In this document: positions 1 to 11,196 of the stretch, piece by piece
Numbering within the stretch: position 1 is the stretch's first letter
Layout of the letters: each line of letters begins with the position of its first letter
DNA from: Nemertoderma westbladi
Lineage: Eukaryota > Animalia > Xenacoelomorpha
Direction: 5' to 3'
Assembly: GCA_032718475.1 (NCBI GenBank)
Contig: JAUCBJ010000251.1
Span: 5,447 to 69,446, forward strand
Length of the DNA stretch: 64,000 nucleotides
Program-made: the position numbers and the translations under genes
The notes under the pieces: model-generated
Databases searched by the model: none
Told to the model about the DNA's origin: nothing
What the model saw: only the letters and a program-made list of their open reading frames with translations

Positions 1-111
1 ACTGGTCTATTATACCAGCTATACCAGTATAGCTATACCAGCTATACAAAACAACAATGTTTAAATGGGAAAGAAGTCGAAATGATGCCGTTCGTGGCGT
101 ATCCATAATTA

Positions 112-323
112 TAACTTCAGGGATAATGACTGTAGAAAGGGTCTAATGCCACGGTTAACGAAAACAGTTTCTATTTATATGGCCATTTCATCCTCACGGA
201 CGTCTTCAGTAAATAAATTAAAATAACATTAAAACACAATTTATAAACCTAAACCATAATATTAAATTTAACGTACGGTACAACCAATTATTATGCCACC
301 AAATTCCGATATACACAGTATGA
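112..323 (-). repeat. Inverted 5' pLTR copy of the Penelope element
   Basis: Near-perfect reverse complement of 3518-3731. Confidence 0.95.
171..216 (-). ncRNA. Minimal type I hammerhead ribozyme (inverted pLTR copy)
   Basis: Exact reverse complement of the motif at 3625-3670. Confidence 0.88.
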
Positions 324-2885
324 CACCACAGCAAACGTTTCAATAATACCCTCCCTGTAGTTGATAAAATAAACCATACACCAGCCAAGCCCACAATCAC
401 CCAGTTCCAAGCAAATAACATAGAAAATGAAACACCACGCGTGGCCAGACATAGACCACGAGCAATGCTTCCCACAGGCAGACGCTGTCTTTTCCAAACA
501 AATGTAACCCCAACTTCACATACCAATGTAATTAATATTAATACCCAGGGTGCCAAAGCCACAGCCACAGGGATAACACCAAGCGGTATTTCTTCACCAC
601 CCTTACCGCATCACCCGGATGCTACCACAACGCCCCGTAGCAACAACTCCCAACCTGCGAAGCAGCCTCTATCAGACACACCTGCATCACGCACACGTGC
701 CAAGACCCGAGACTACTTCGTAACTCAACATCGCCCAACTGCTCTTAACACGATCCCAGAGGTTATCGAACCCCCACCTGAACCACCCGACCCACCATAT
801 TTTTCGCACGCTCGGTACGTATCCGCTAGGGTTGATGAACCCCAAGTGGAAGCACTTATTAGTGATCTGCATCGCGCTATTTACAAAACTAATCCAAACT
901 ACATTAACAAACAATATCCACCTAATTTATCAACCCAGCACCAAAAAGCTCTGCAACAACTGCGCAAGAACAAAAATACTGTATTTCTTAAAGGTGATAA
1001 AACAGATAACATCATATTGCTAGATTATGTCGATAAGGAATTCGAAATATCTCGGATATTAAGCGATACTACCACTTATGAGAAGTTACCCAGAGACCCC
1101 ACTGCTAAATTCCGCGTAAAATGTAGACAGCTTCTCGACCAGCTTGCAATCACAAACCCATTCCTACGCCTTTACTTATTCCCCAACACGTTTACCACAG
1201 GCTATTTGTTTATAACTCTAAAAGACCACAAACCAAGATCCGAGTGGATTCAACACCCAAACGGCAAACTTATCCCCAAAGGCAGACCTATAATTTCGAA
1301 TACGGATGCGTTCTTTACTCCCCTATCTAAATTAATGCACCACTACCTGCACCCACTTGTTACCACAGCGTCGAACTATTTAAAGAGCTCATTGGACTTA
1401 AAAGAAACTTTACCCAGACAAGGATCAACATATCACTACACTTTTGTTACGGTAGATGTTATCGACATGTTCACAGCCATCCCACACGAACTAGGCATCG
1501 AAGCCACTATGCAAGCACTCAGCGAGGACCCTACGTTACCATACCGCTCCAAATTCACCGCCGAACAACTTGCAGCAATATTGCGTTTCCTGCTGTTTCA
1601 CAACTTTTTCCGGTTTTCGGGACACTATTACCTTCAGTTGGCTGGGGCGCCCATGGGAGGCAGCCACAGTGGAGATTACGCCATCATAAGTTGTTACAGA
1701 GTGCTCAAGAGGGCGATCGCAATCTCGCTACGGGTCCCGTTATACTTTCGAACATTAGTGGATGACAGCCTGTGTGTTTACAACGAATGGCTCACTGACA
1801 CTGATATAAAACAACTAAACTATGCATTCAACTCCGCCTGCTCAGACCTATACAATAACAACTCTATACAGTTTACCGTAGACTACTCCAGAAAATCCAT
1901 AAACTACCTAGATGTTACTATTCAAGCTTCAAACTCAACAAAACTAACAACCAAAATATATAGGAAACCAATGTCTAATAAACTACCCATCGCATACTCA
2001 AGCTTCCACCACAAACCATCCTTGCTAGCCATAGTTCGAGCTGAACTGCTGCGCATTCGCCGACTAACGGATTCAACAAATCATTTCAAACAACAAAGGC
2101 ATTTATATCTCGAAAAGTGTAAACTCAGAGGATACCCCTTGAACTTCCTTTTAAGTTTGTATGCGTGGGACCCACCCCAATGTTCAACATTCACTGCCGC
2201 CGAACACGATCAGGACTTTCCGCATTCACCAAGCCATACCAATCAACAAAACAACATAAAACCTCCTACCCAACGTTTCTATCTGTCAACGACACCACAA
2301 TTTATCCCTACCCTCAGCAAAGTTGTGCGTCGGCATAACAGACGAGTTCAGCACCTTGGTGTAACATTACAAACTGTCCCATGAAATGCACCTACTTTGG
2401 GAAAGCTTCTAATACGTAAACAGGAACCACAAACAGCCCCAGGTAACCATCCATGTTTGCAACCCCGCTGCCTCACCTGCTTGGCAATTACGGATATGAA
2501 AGAGACACCATGGGGCGAGCCAATCATCGGGAGGTTTGATTGTAAATCCAGCAACATTCTCTATACCATTAAATGTAAAACTCACCCCTATCAATACTAC
2601 CTCGGTCAAACTGAACAACGTCTGCACAAGAGGCTCAATAAACATCGGGAGAACATCAGCAGCTACAGGAAAGCTCTAGATAAGGCAATAAAGAACAACA
2701 AGCCGATATGTACTGTGACAACAACTGACCCGGAGGTGCTATTGCTTCAACATTTCAGTAGCTGTAATAATTACGAAGTAACATGCGTCCAGCAATTTCG
2801 TAACCACCAGCGTCGTATTCATACTGAAGCATTACTCATTAATTGCCACCGCCCACCCCTCAATAAACTGGTACCACTTCTATAG
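324..2885 (+). pseudogene. Penelope-like reverse transcriptase / GIY-YIG endonuclease with one in-frame TGA at 2382-2384
   Basis: Frame is open from the pLTR junction at 324. PLE RT motifs GDK, KDHK, GRPIIS, DVIDMFTAIPH, GAPMGG, LVDD, INYLDV, IYRKP, SSFH; Cys linker PCLQPRCLTC; GIY-YIG NILYTIKC..YYLGQT..RLNKHR. Track ORFs 441-2384 and 2397-2885 are in the same frame. Confidence 0.92.
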
Positions 2886-3517
2886 AATGAAACTTCGACC
2901 CGATGGCTCGCCCCCACCTAACATTTGGATGTAACAAACTCACACCACCTCTAATAATTAATTAACTGTGCAGTACACTCTACTTGCTGTAATATACATT
3001 GTGTCAGCCAGCTGTAATGTACGTACTATAGCCGAACATATTAGTATTCAATAGGAAATACCAAAACAAAAACTTTTTTAAAAATTGTAATATGTAATCT
3101 TGTAGGGATTCCTTTTATTTAGTAACAGTAATATGTATCCTTTTATCCCCCTCAATTTTATGGCTTAGGTATTCTTTCCCTTATTTTAAATATATTTTTT
3201 AATGATTTTTTATTTCAGAACCAACATTTTTTTTAGAATTTTTTTTTTACCCTTTTACCAGCCTCACTTTTATTTGTAAATTTGTAACTCAACGACTTAA
3301 TATTGGAACCAACAATTTTTAACAATTTTTAATCATTTAATGGTTTTAACGTTACCCACCCTTTTTACACCTCTTCATTTAGCACCCTTTTTATTTTTAT
3401 TTTTAAATTTAATATTGAACGTCTAATACCTTAACAACACTTGTAGCCTACAATTATATCTCTAGGCCTACATACAGTATTATGATAAATCTAAATATGT
3501 TAATCTAATACATCCTA

Positions 3518-3731
3518 TCATACTGTGTATATCGGAATTTGGTGGCATAATAATTGGTTGTACCGTACGTTAAATTTAATATTATGGTTTAGGTTTATAA
3601 ATTGTGTTTTAATGTTATTTTAATTTATTTACTGAAGACGTCCGTGAGGATGAAATGGCCATATAAATAGAAACTGTTTTCGTTAACCGTGGCATTAGAA
3701 ACCCTTTCTACAGTCATTATCCCTGAAGTTA
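3518..3731 (+). repeat. 3' pLTR of the Penelope element
   Basis: Matches 112-323 in inverted orientation; lies downstream of the ORF and an AT-rich 3' UTR. Confidence 0.93.
3625..3670 (+). ncRNA. Minimal type I hammerhead ribozyme
   Basis: Stem I ttattta/taaatag; core CTGAAGA 3632-3638; stem II gtcc-gtga-ggat; GAAA 3652-3655; palindromic stem III tggcca; predicted cleavage after ATA at 3663. Confidence 0.9.
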
Positions 3732-3741
3732 AAACAACAAT

Positions 3742-4145
3742 GTGTTGCCTTCAATCCTTGGTGAATCTGACGTCAATAAAACTGCCGAAACACTTTCGAA
3801 TGAATTAAATAATATATTAAACGACATTGCCCCAATGAAGGAAATTCGAGTAAAGGCTGCCACTGAACCTTGGATCAACAGCACAATCACAGAATTGATT
3901 ACAATCGCGAAATATAGCACTTGAAACTTTCCATCACCACAGAAATGCTGAGAACCATATCAAGTTCAAAAATCTGAGAAACTGTGTGACATCTAAAATT
4001 CGAAATGCGAAAGCTGACTTCTTTAAACAGAAACTGGAAGCAAACAAATCCAACCCCAAAGAGCTCTGGAAGACATTAAAATGCATAGGGACACCTTCGA
4101 AAAAAGTAAAGAAATCCACTCACATATCAGCCCTAAAAGTTGAAT
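3742..4145 (+). mobile_element. Degenerate LINE (CR1/L2/Jockey-like) ORF2 linker fragment
   Basis: Translates to IAPMKEIRVK..EPWINSTITELI and FKNLRNCVTSKIRNAKADFF..NKSNPKELWKTLK, typical of the endonuclease-RT linker; contains stop/frameshift. Confidence 0.75.
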
Positions 4146-4555
4146 AATTCACAAATAATTCACAAATCCCGCTATTATAGCGTTTATTATAGCTATTATA
4201 GCATTATGTTCCAATACAATAAATTTTAGGCCTATTAACGAATGGCTTGAAACTGTGTTTCATGTTTTTTTTATGTTTTTTTTTTAATTTTCTAGCTGTC
4301 TAGTAGGTCAGTAGGTTGGTATTGGTGATTGGCGCGGTTTCGGACCCGCCACTGCACTGCTGCACTGGCGCGGTTTAAAGACGCTATCTGGCGCACGTTA
4401 TGGAAGTATTTCAGTCAGGCTCACCAGTGCTCACAGGCTGTAGCCTGCCTACTGCTGTACTGCAGTACTACAGTACAGTACTATAGATAGGCCAGTAGGC
4501 TTTATTATATACCGGTACGGTCATTCGCATTCATTTCATTTGTCAAATTGCTAAA

Positions 4556-4708
4556 ATGACTTCGACTTCAACACCTACTTCCAATACGTCACAACTGTTG
4601 CCACTAGAACTAGTTGATAAATGTATTGGATCGAGAATCCACATCATAATGAAGTCGGACAAGGAATTTGTAGGAACGTTACTGGGATTTGACGATTACG
4701 TTAATATG
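4556..4708 (+). CDS. LSM5: U6 snRNA-associated Sm-like protein LSm5, exon 1
   Basis: [51 protein letters not shown] followed by GTAAGT donor at 4709 (phase 0). Confidence 0.97.
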
Positions 4709-4791
4709 GTAAGTCTGTAGGTAAGTAAGTAGTACTGTAGTAGGCCTCGCTCCTGCAGCCGTACTCGCTCGGTACTGCTGTCTGGTAGACA

Positions 4792-5830
4792 GTGTTCGCG
4801 CTTTCAGACCTTTGGCAGTTTAACCCACCAAATTAAGATGTCTTCTAGATATTAAATCAGTTTTTAGTCTATGACAAGTATTTGATTCACTACACTAGTC
4901 GAAACCAATCCGTGCGCGACCATTCACCCGCTGGAGATTCCCGGGAGATTGGGTTCGACGGTTTAATTTTATTGCTATGTAAGCCTAATGTATTATTCGA
5001 CTGACAGTATTATATAATCTCTGACAATATTATTCACCTTCGGGAATATTAACAGTTCCTTTAGGACGTGGCGCTTTATCTATATAAACACGTGGCGCTT
5101 TATCTATATAAACAGAGTTATGACTTAAACTACTCACAACGATATGGCTTAATTATAATTCACATATATGGCGCATTCTTTAGGAATTGCTTCTTTAACA
5201 GACTCACTCATACACAATGCTGCACAATACTGCACACTAATCTGCCAATCTTCACTGATTTTAGTCACATATAAAAGGAACACAGGCTGACTCATGTAGG
5301 GTCTATCAAATAACATTGGATTCACTTCAAACCACTTTAACATAAGTCACAATCGTTATTGGTAACCTTTCTCTCTTACCTTCGGTATATCAAGAATATT
5401 GGGTTTCGGGGTTATTTATCGTTATTCCAAATATAATAATTCATCAACCATATTATGAAGAACTGACGTAAATAGCAGTATAAAACAACAATGAAAACAC
5501 TGATTGTTATGAGTTTGCAATGTTTCAGCAGTCAGCATGTATGATCAGTTAGCAGTGATTCCATGAGTCAGGTAGTTAAAGGATATATGTCCTTGTAATT
5601 AAACCTACTAGTGTAAGACTAAAAACAGTAAAGCACAAAATACTTCCAAGCCGTTCTTTCTTTGGCTCAGGACTGAATGTAAACACTGCACATAGGCATT
5701 GCGTCATTTCTCGGAAATTTTCTGTACAAGGAGCCACAAAAACGCTCTAATTGGCTGACTGAACTGAGAGACGCCGTAGAACAAAGGAAATCAACACGTA
5801 TGAATGTCAGCTGTTAACCGTAGTCATAGT
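4792..5830. mobile_element. Non-autonomous dispersed repeat in the LSm5 intron
   Basis: Diverged reverse-complement copy at about 15940-16910 (e.g. gtgttcgcgcttt / aaagcgcgaacac; ttaacagttcctttaggacgtggcgcttta shared). Confidence 0.7.
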
Positions 5831-6314
5831 AACTACTGTTCAAGAGTAGCTATCACCCCTTTGCGTCACGAATTGCCATAGAATCATAAAATATGCCTTT
5901 CACAGTACACATACGGAGGAAATAGGTCTTAGATCCTCTAAAAACACCGATACAGCAATAATACGGTCTCTTACACTTATTAAATCAACTACAGAGTATT
6001 TTAATGTAAAAGATAATAAAAATAACGGGGCAATTCAGCAAAGGCTTTTACAGACAGTAAACTTGGTAGAGGGCTCCCTCCTGCTCCTGCCTGCCTATAC
6101 ATACAGCTACAGAGCTATACTTATACCTGCAGACCTGTATACAGCTATGCTGGCTGGCTATCCACTAGCTCCAGGCTATTAGCAGTCAGCCAGCTTCAGT
6201 CATCATTTATAAGTATTGATTTAATTATGAAAGTGTATTGCAATTTCTTATTTGTTTGATTGGAGAAATAAATATAATGATAATGAATGATATGCTATAA
6301 GTCTACAGTTTGCT

Positions 6315-6666
6315 GTCGATATTTTTCAACACTCGATATTTTTACCCTCGATATTTTTACTTTCCATATTTTTCAACACTCGGTATTTTTACTCTCGATA
6401 TTTTTCAACACTCGATATTTTTACTCTCGATATTTTTCAACACTCGATATTTTTACTCTCGATATTTTTATTCTCGATATTTTTTAACACTCGATATTTT
6501 TACTCTCGATATTTTTCAACACTCTATATTTTCACTCTCGATATTTTTACTCTCGATGTTTTTTGAACTTGCGATATTATGTTATTATCGTTAGTTTTCA
6601 ACACTCGATATTTTTACTCGCATTATTTTTACTCTCGATATTTTTCATGTCTCGATATTTTTCAAT
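6315..6666. repeat. Tandem array of 15-18 bp units ctcgatattttt(act/caaca)
   Basis: Directly visible; about 20 units. Confidence 0.9.
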
Positions 6667-6817
6667 ATAACCGTGAACAGGCATTCTTTCAATGGCTAAA
6701 TCATGAGGCTAACGACAAAACGTTATTGGTTTTACTTTATTCAGATATATTAGATTATTGTCCAAATGTCAACAGTACGGTGCCAGGTTGGAATTTATGT
6801 AGAGTTTGCTCAACATG

Positions 6818-6930
6818 TGTGGCGCGCATTTAGGATCCTGGCGCGAAGGAACAGGGGCGTGTGGCGCGCATTTAGGATCCTGGCGCGAAGGAACAGGGGC
6901 GTGTGGCGCGCATTGAGGATCCTTGGCGCG
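6818..6930. repeat. 42 bp tandem repeat, about 2.7 copies
   Basis: gtgtggcgcgcatttaggatcctggcgcgaaggaacaggggc repeated. Confidence 0.9.
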
Positions 6931-8000
6931 GAAATGGCTGAATGGATGTCATGCTGTCATGTACAGTATCAAAATGCACTGGCTGACTGGCAACATATAA
7001 CTGTATAAAGCCACTCTACTTCTGTACTTGAAATTCTACCAGTCAGCCAATAGAGCCTATTTATAAAAAGAGTTAGGCTTAGCCTTAAAAATTTTCGCTC
7101 GCTTCGCCCTTCATTTGTGTATTATGCCTACTGTATTACGCCCTACTCTTATTGACTTATTCACCATTCAAATAACAGAATAACTGTAATACGTAATAAT
7201 AGGGATAGGGCCTATTTGATTACAGTGATATTTTATCACCCACATTATGGACAAACCGACAGATTGAGCATTGAAGGTACCATATCCAATCCACTTTAAT
7301 CATCATGGCCAATATCAGGCCAAAGTTTTAATGTGTTTAATAATCAAAGTTTAATAATGAATTGATTGAAAGGTTTTTCAATTCTTCACACCAATCTGCC
7401 AATACTGCAATATAGCCTAAAACAACGATTCAGCAGATTTTCCGTGCTCGCTACACTCCGATTTAATTCATAATCACATCTGTAGGTAAAAAACAGTCGC
7501 TTGACCTACCAAAAATGTTAAAATTTTCTTGCTCGCAATTTCAATTTAATCACATCTGTATTTGAAAACAGTCGGCTGACCTACTATCTGAATATTACAG
7601 TATTACTGTATTAATCTTAACATTTCTGCAAAATTTTCTTGCTCGCTACGCTCGCATTTCCATGTTAAAATACTGTGTAGGAGTAGGTCTAGGTACTGCA
7701 GTATAAACTGGTAAATGATTACAATAATTGCAAAATGTAATGGTCAAGTCAACCTGTCAATGGTTGGCGTGCATTGAATGTCATGCAGTCATGGCTGGCG
7801 CGGTTTTCGTTTAACCAGTACCCGTGTGGCGCGCTTTTTGTCAATATTCCATATAGGGTACGGTGTACGGTGTGTTTGATATATTCGTTATTATTATTAT
7901 ATATGTTTATTGTTTATGTGTCCTCTTCCTTCTAGAGTTATAATATTAATTTGTATTTGTATGTATTTACGAGTATTTGCACCGGCACCTTTTTTTTTAG

Positions 8001-8126
8001 GTGTTGGAAGATGTTTTAGAGTTTGAGAACACCCCGGAGGGCAGACGTATTACCAAACTCGATGAGATCCTTCTCAATGGTAACAATGTCACAATGCTGG
8101 TACCTGGAGGAGAGGGCCCTGAATAG
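8001..8126 (+). CDS. LSM5: LSm5 exon 2
   Basis: Polypyrimidine ttttttttAG acceptor ending at 8000; VLEDVLEFENTPEGRRITKLDEILLNGNNVTMLVPGGEGPE-stop; joined protein is 92 aa. Confidence 0.97.
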   Translation: MLEDVLEFENTPEGRRITKLDEILLNGNNVTMLVPGGEGPE

Positions 8127-8225
8127 TCTGGATTCAATGCTAAACATTATACAGTGCAATACAATACGTCTGCGATATATAATTACTCAATATTAATATC
8201 ACCCTATCATATCACTAGACTGGTG

Positions 8226-8257
8226 AATAAACATAATACAATTACTTATTTTTCTTT
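8226..8257 (+). terminator. Putative LSm5 polyadenylation signal and downstream U-rich element
   Basis: AATAAA at 8226-8231, 100 bp after the stop, followed by a T-rich run at about 8247-8257. Confidence 0.6.
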
Positions 8258-8316
8258 AAAACAATACTAAAATTTAAGACTATTTTGTTGTCAATGATCA
8301 CGTTTCCTATTCCAAT

Positions 8317-11196
8317 ATGGAGATGGACGAACAACACGAATGTGAACTATTTAATAGTTTCTCGGAAGTCGCAAGACATGGGGAAATTATCAGTCGTATT
8401 TTACTGTTATATGAGTTTGATTATCGCGATGACGTCACGGATTGTTTATCTCGATTGCAAAGCATTTCTAGCTTAGTTAGAACCAAGATTGACTCAAAAC
8501 CTTCCAATCTTGCGTCCAGTAATGAAAGCGCAGATTCAAGTAACTGCAAACTCAACTCGAGCTTTAAGAGGAGTTCTACTAACGGAGAATTTACTGACTC
8601 CCCGGTGGGACTATCAGCTGTTAAAATTAAAACTTCATTGCCTCCTTCTCCTTCAGCAATTAATGACGGTTGTGGAGTCATTAGTGACCCCCTTGGGGGA
8701 CAATCAGCTGTTCAACTAGAAACATCATTGTCCTCTTCGACTATTAATGATGACGATTGGGGGGATGATTTTGACTGCAGTGTACTAGACGAGCTATGTG
8801 ACCCAAAACCGCTGAGTAATCCGCCAATGTTAGACAACCAATCACATCTTCCTGAGTCTCAGGTTGTCCATAAGACTGACCAATCACAGCTGCCCTCGAC
8901 TCAGGACGATTGTGTAGGCTGTAATGGTATTGACCAATCGGAGTTGATTCCTCCATCGGCTCAGGAACTCCGCAAACTCAAACACCACTTCGGACACTCT
9001 GGGTTCCGACCTATGCAGTGGCGAGTAATCTCATTGGCTACACGGGAGCGACGCGACCAGCTGGTAGTCATGGCTACAGGGTACGGTAAGAGTCTATGCT
9101 ACCAGCTACCCGCGCTACTAGGCCCCGCTATCGTACTAGTGATCTCCCCGCTTATATCCTTGATGGAGGACCAGGTGGCCCAACTGTCTCTATGCGAGGT
9201 GCCAGCCTGTCTGCTGGGCTCCGCGCAGACTGCCACCGGTCTGTGGGACGCGATCCACGCCGGCCGCTACCGACTCGTCTACATGGCCCCCGAGTACGCC
9301 GTAGCGAACAAGGAGCGTCTAGCCGCCGCTAGTCGGCGTCCTGGGGTCTCCCTGGTGGCGGTAGACGAGGCCCATTGCGTGTCCCAATGGGGCCACGACT
9401 TCCGGCCGAGTTACCGCGGGTTGGGCGAGTTGCGTCGTTGTCTTCCTTCCGTCCCATTTCTCGCACTAACCGCAACCGCCACGCCTCCCGTACGCTCCGA
9501 CATTGTCTCCGCTTTGTCTCTCGGTCGTCCGGTAATCAACTGTTCCAGCTTCGATAGACCCAACATTTTCCTTGAGGTGCGGCTCAAATCCTCCAACCCG
9601 GAAGCCGATTTGAAATCCGCGATGATTCGCTCCGGTAAATCCGGTAAACTCGACTTCCCGGGTCCCACAATAATTTACTGCCAGACGAAGAAACAGACGG
9701 AGTCCGTCGGAGAGCTGCTCGTCGGGTTGGGAATCGCAGCTGGCGTCTACCACGCGGATAAAACCATATTGGAGCGCAAGGGGGCGCAGCGTGACTTCAC
9801 CCGAGACCGTCTGCGCTGCGTGGTCGCCACGGTCGCTTTCGGTATGGGAATCAACAAACCCGACGTGCGTTTAGTGATCCATTACGGGGCCCCTCGTAGT
9901 GTCGAGACTTTCTACCAGGAGTTAGGCAGAGCGGGCCGTGACGGACAACCCGCTCGATGCCTAACTTTCTACTCCAACACGGATTTCAATGTGGCTAAAT
10001 TCTTTTTGAATGACATCAGCGATGACGCGTTCCGTCGTCACAATCAGCTGATGCAGCAAAGGATGGAAATATATCTAAGTTCCACTTCTTGTAGGAGGAA
10101 GTTTATTCTGGAACATTTCGAAACAGAAAAATCGAGAATAAAAAATAGTAACATTATCGGGACAGGGAAGTGTTGCGATAATTGTAGGCGGTTTATTTCC
10201 GCGTCTAGCCAAGGAGGTTGGCAGACCGCCGGGGTCGAACCCGCGTCCAAGTCGGATTTTTTACCTCGGGATTTTACGGCGATGTACCGACTGTTAGTCG
10301 GCGCGATCGATCGTCTCCCTTGCGGCTACGGTCTAGCCGTCCCTATTGCGGTGCTACGCGGCTCCGCGTCTAAACGGGTCCCGCCTGGGGCCTGTCGGAC
10401 GCCCCCCAGCGGGGGCGGGGTGTTCGCCGCCGGTCGGGCGCACAGCGACGCGTGGTGGAAGGCGTTGGGTCGGCAGCTGGTGCGGGAGGGACTGCTGGAG
10501 GAGCGAGCGGTCCCCGGGGGCGGGTTCGGGGCCACGGTTCACGTGTCCGCCGCTGGGAGGCGCGTCGAACGCCTCGAGTTGGTCCCCAGCGCGGAGCTCC
10601 TCAAGGAAGACAAACTCGAGCGACTCCGTACCCAACCGGTTCAGCGAACCCAACGCGACGAGGTTGAAACGACCACAGAAACGTCAGCTAACGGCTCCCT
10701 CCTCGAGGCCGAGCTCTTCTCGCTGCTTCTCGATTTACGTCGTCGCGTCGCCGTTGCTAAGGATGTAGCTGTTTTCTACATAGCAACGGACTCTAACCTC
10801 CAGGCTATGGCCTCTGTAAGACCGACCACTGTTGAAGCTATCAGCAACATCGAGGGTATCTCCGTTGCTAAGGCTGAGTTGCTAAGCGACGCCGTCCCTC
10901 TCATACGCGAATTCTGTCGTAACCATGGGAACATCGAGGTCGATCGGTCATCCTTTAATCCTCGTTCCCATAGCAATGCCATCTATGACGATGTCGACAT
11001 CGCGACTACTTCCGGTGGGAAAGAGAACCAAAGGGACACCTTATTGGTTGGGTCGAGTTCTAGCGTTGCCATAGGAACCAGAGCGCCGTCATCGGATTCA
11101 AATTCCAGTGGTAATAAACGCAAACTCCCCGCGTGGATGGCAACCATGGCAACATCCAGTAAGAAACTGCGCAAGGGTGGATTGTTTAAACCGTAA
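8317..11196 (+). CDS. WRN: WRN-like RecQ DNA helicase (helicase, RQC, HRDC; no exonuclease domain), intronless
   Basis: [59 protein letters not shown], Zn module CRR..CCDNC, winged helix [13 protein letters not shown]; C-terminal KRKLPAWM and KGGLF resemble the WRN Ku-binding and XLF-like motifs. Confidence 0.9.
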   Translation: MEMDEQHECELFNSFSEVARHGEIISRILLLYEFDYRDDVTDCLSRLQSISSLVRTKIDSKPSNLASSNESADSSNCKLNSSFKRSSTNGEFTDSPVGLSAVKIKTSLPPSPSAINDGCGVISDPLGGQSAVQLETSLSSSTINDDDWGDDFDCSVLDELCDPKPLSNPPMLDNQSHLPESQVVHKTDQSQLPSTQDDCVGCNGIDQSELIPPSAQELRKLKHHFGHSGFRPMQWRVISLATRERRDQLVVMATGYGKSLCYQLPALLGPAIVLVISPLISLMEDQVAQLSLCEVPACLLGSAQTATGLWDAIHAGRYRLVYMAPEYAVANKERLAAASRRPGVSLVAVDEAHCVSQWGHDFRPSYRGLGELRRCLPSVPFLALTATATPPVRSDIVSALSLGRPVINCSSFDRPNIFLEVRLKSSNPEADLKSAMIRSGKSGKLDFPGPTIIYCQTKKQTESVGELLVGLGIAAGVYHADKTILERKGAQRDFTRDRLRCVVATVAFGMGINKPDVRLVIHYGAPRSVETFYQELGRAGRDGQPARCLTFYSNTDFNVAKFFLNDISDDAFRRHNQLMQQRMEIYLSSTSCRRKFILEHFETEKSRIKNSNIIGTGKCCDNCRRFISASSQGGWQTAGVEPASKSDFLPRDFTAMYRLLVGAIDRLPCGYGLAVPIAVLRGSASKRVPPGACRTPPSGGGVFAAGRAHSDAWWKALGRQLVREGLLEERAVPGGGFGATVHVSAAGRRVERLELVPSAELLKEDKLERLRTQPVQRTQRDEVETTTETSANGSLLEAELFSLLLDLRRRVAVAKDVAVFYIATDSNLQAMASVRPTTVEAISNIEGISVAKAELLSDAVPLIREFCRNHGNIEVDRSSFNPRSHSNAIYDDVDIATTSGGKENQRDTLLVGSSSSVAIGTRAPSSDSNSSGNKRKLPAWMATMATSSKKLRKGGLFKP

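Larger units (their letters stand above)
61..3730 (+). mobile_element. Penelope-like retroelement (Neptune-like), 5'-truncated, with inverted pLTR
   Basis: RT plus C-terminal GIY-YIG ORF; about 210 bp inverted repeat 112-323 / 3518-3731; hammerhead motif in each repeat; 13 bp direct repeat aaaacaacaatgt at 48-60 and 3731-3743 as candidate TSD. Confidence 0.92.

Noticed and set aside
2382-2384. Selenocysteine recoding of the PLE TGA, as in some Naiad elements
   Set aside because: Not at a Cys-like position, the endonuclease is C-terminal (not Naiad architecture), and no SECIS was recognisable by eye.
4708-8317. LSm5 exon 1 spliced to WRN as a fusion protein
   Set aside because: Joining the phase-0 donor to the AG at 8278 gives a frame different from WRN.
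9096-11174. Short alternative-frame and antisense ORFs within WRN
   Set aside because: Expected by-products of a GC-rich coding region; no recognisable motifs.
8317-11196. Bacterial recQ acquired by horizontal transfer (intronless, GC-rich)
   Set aside because: Has WRN-type features ([21 protein letters not shown], Ku-binding tail) pointing to animal WRN.
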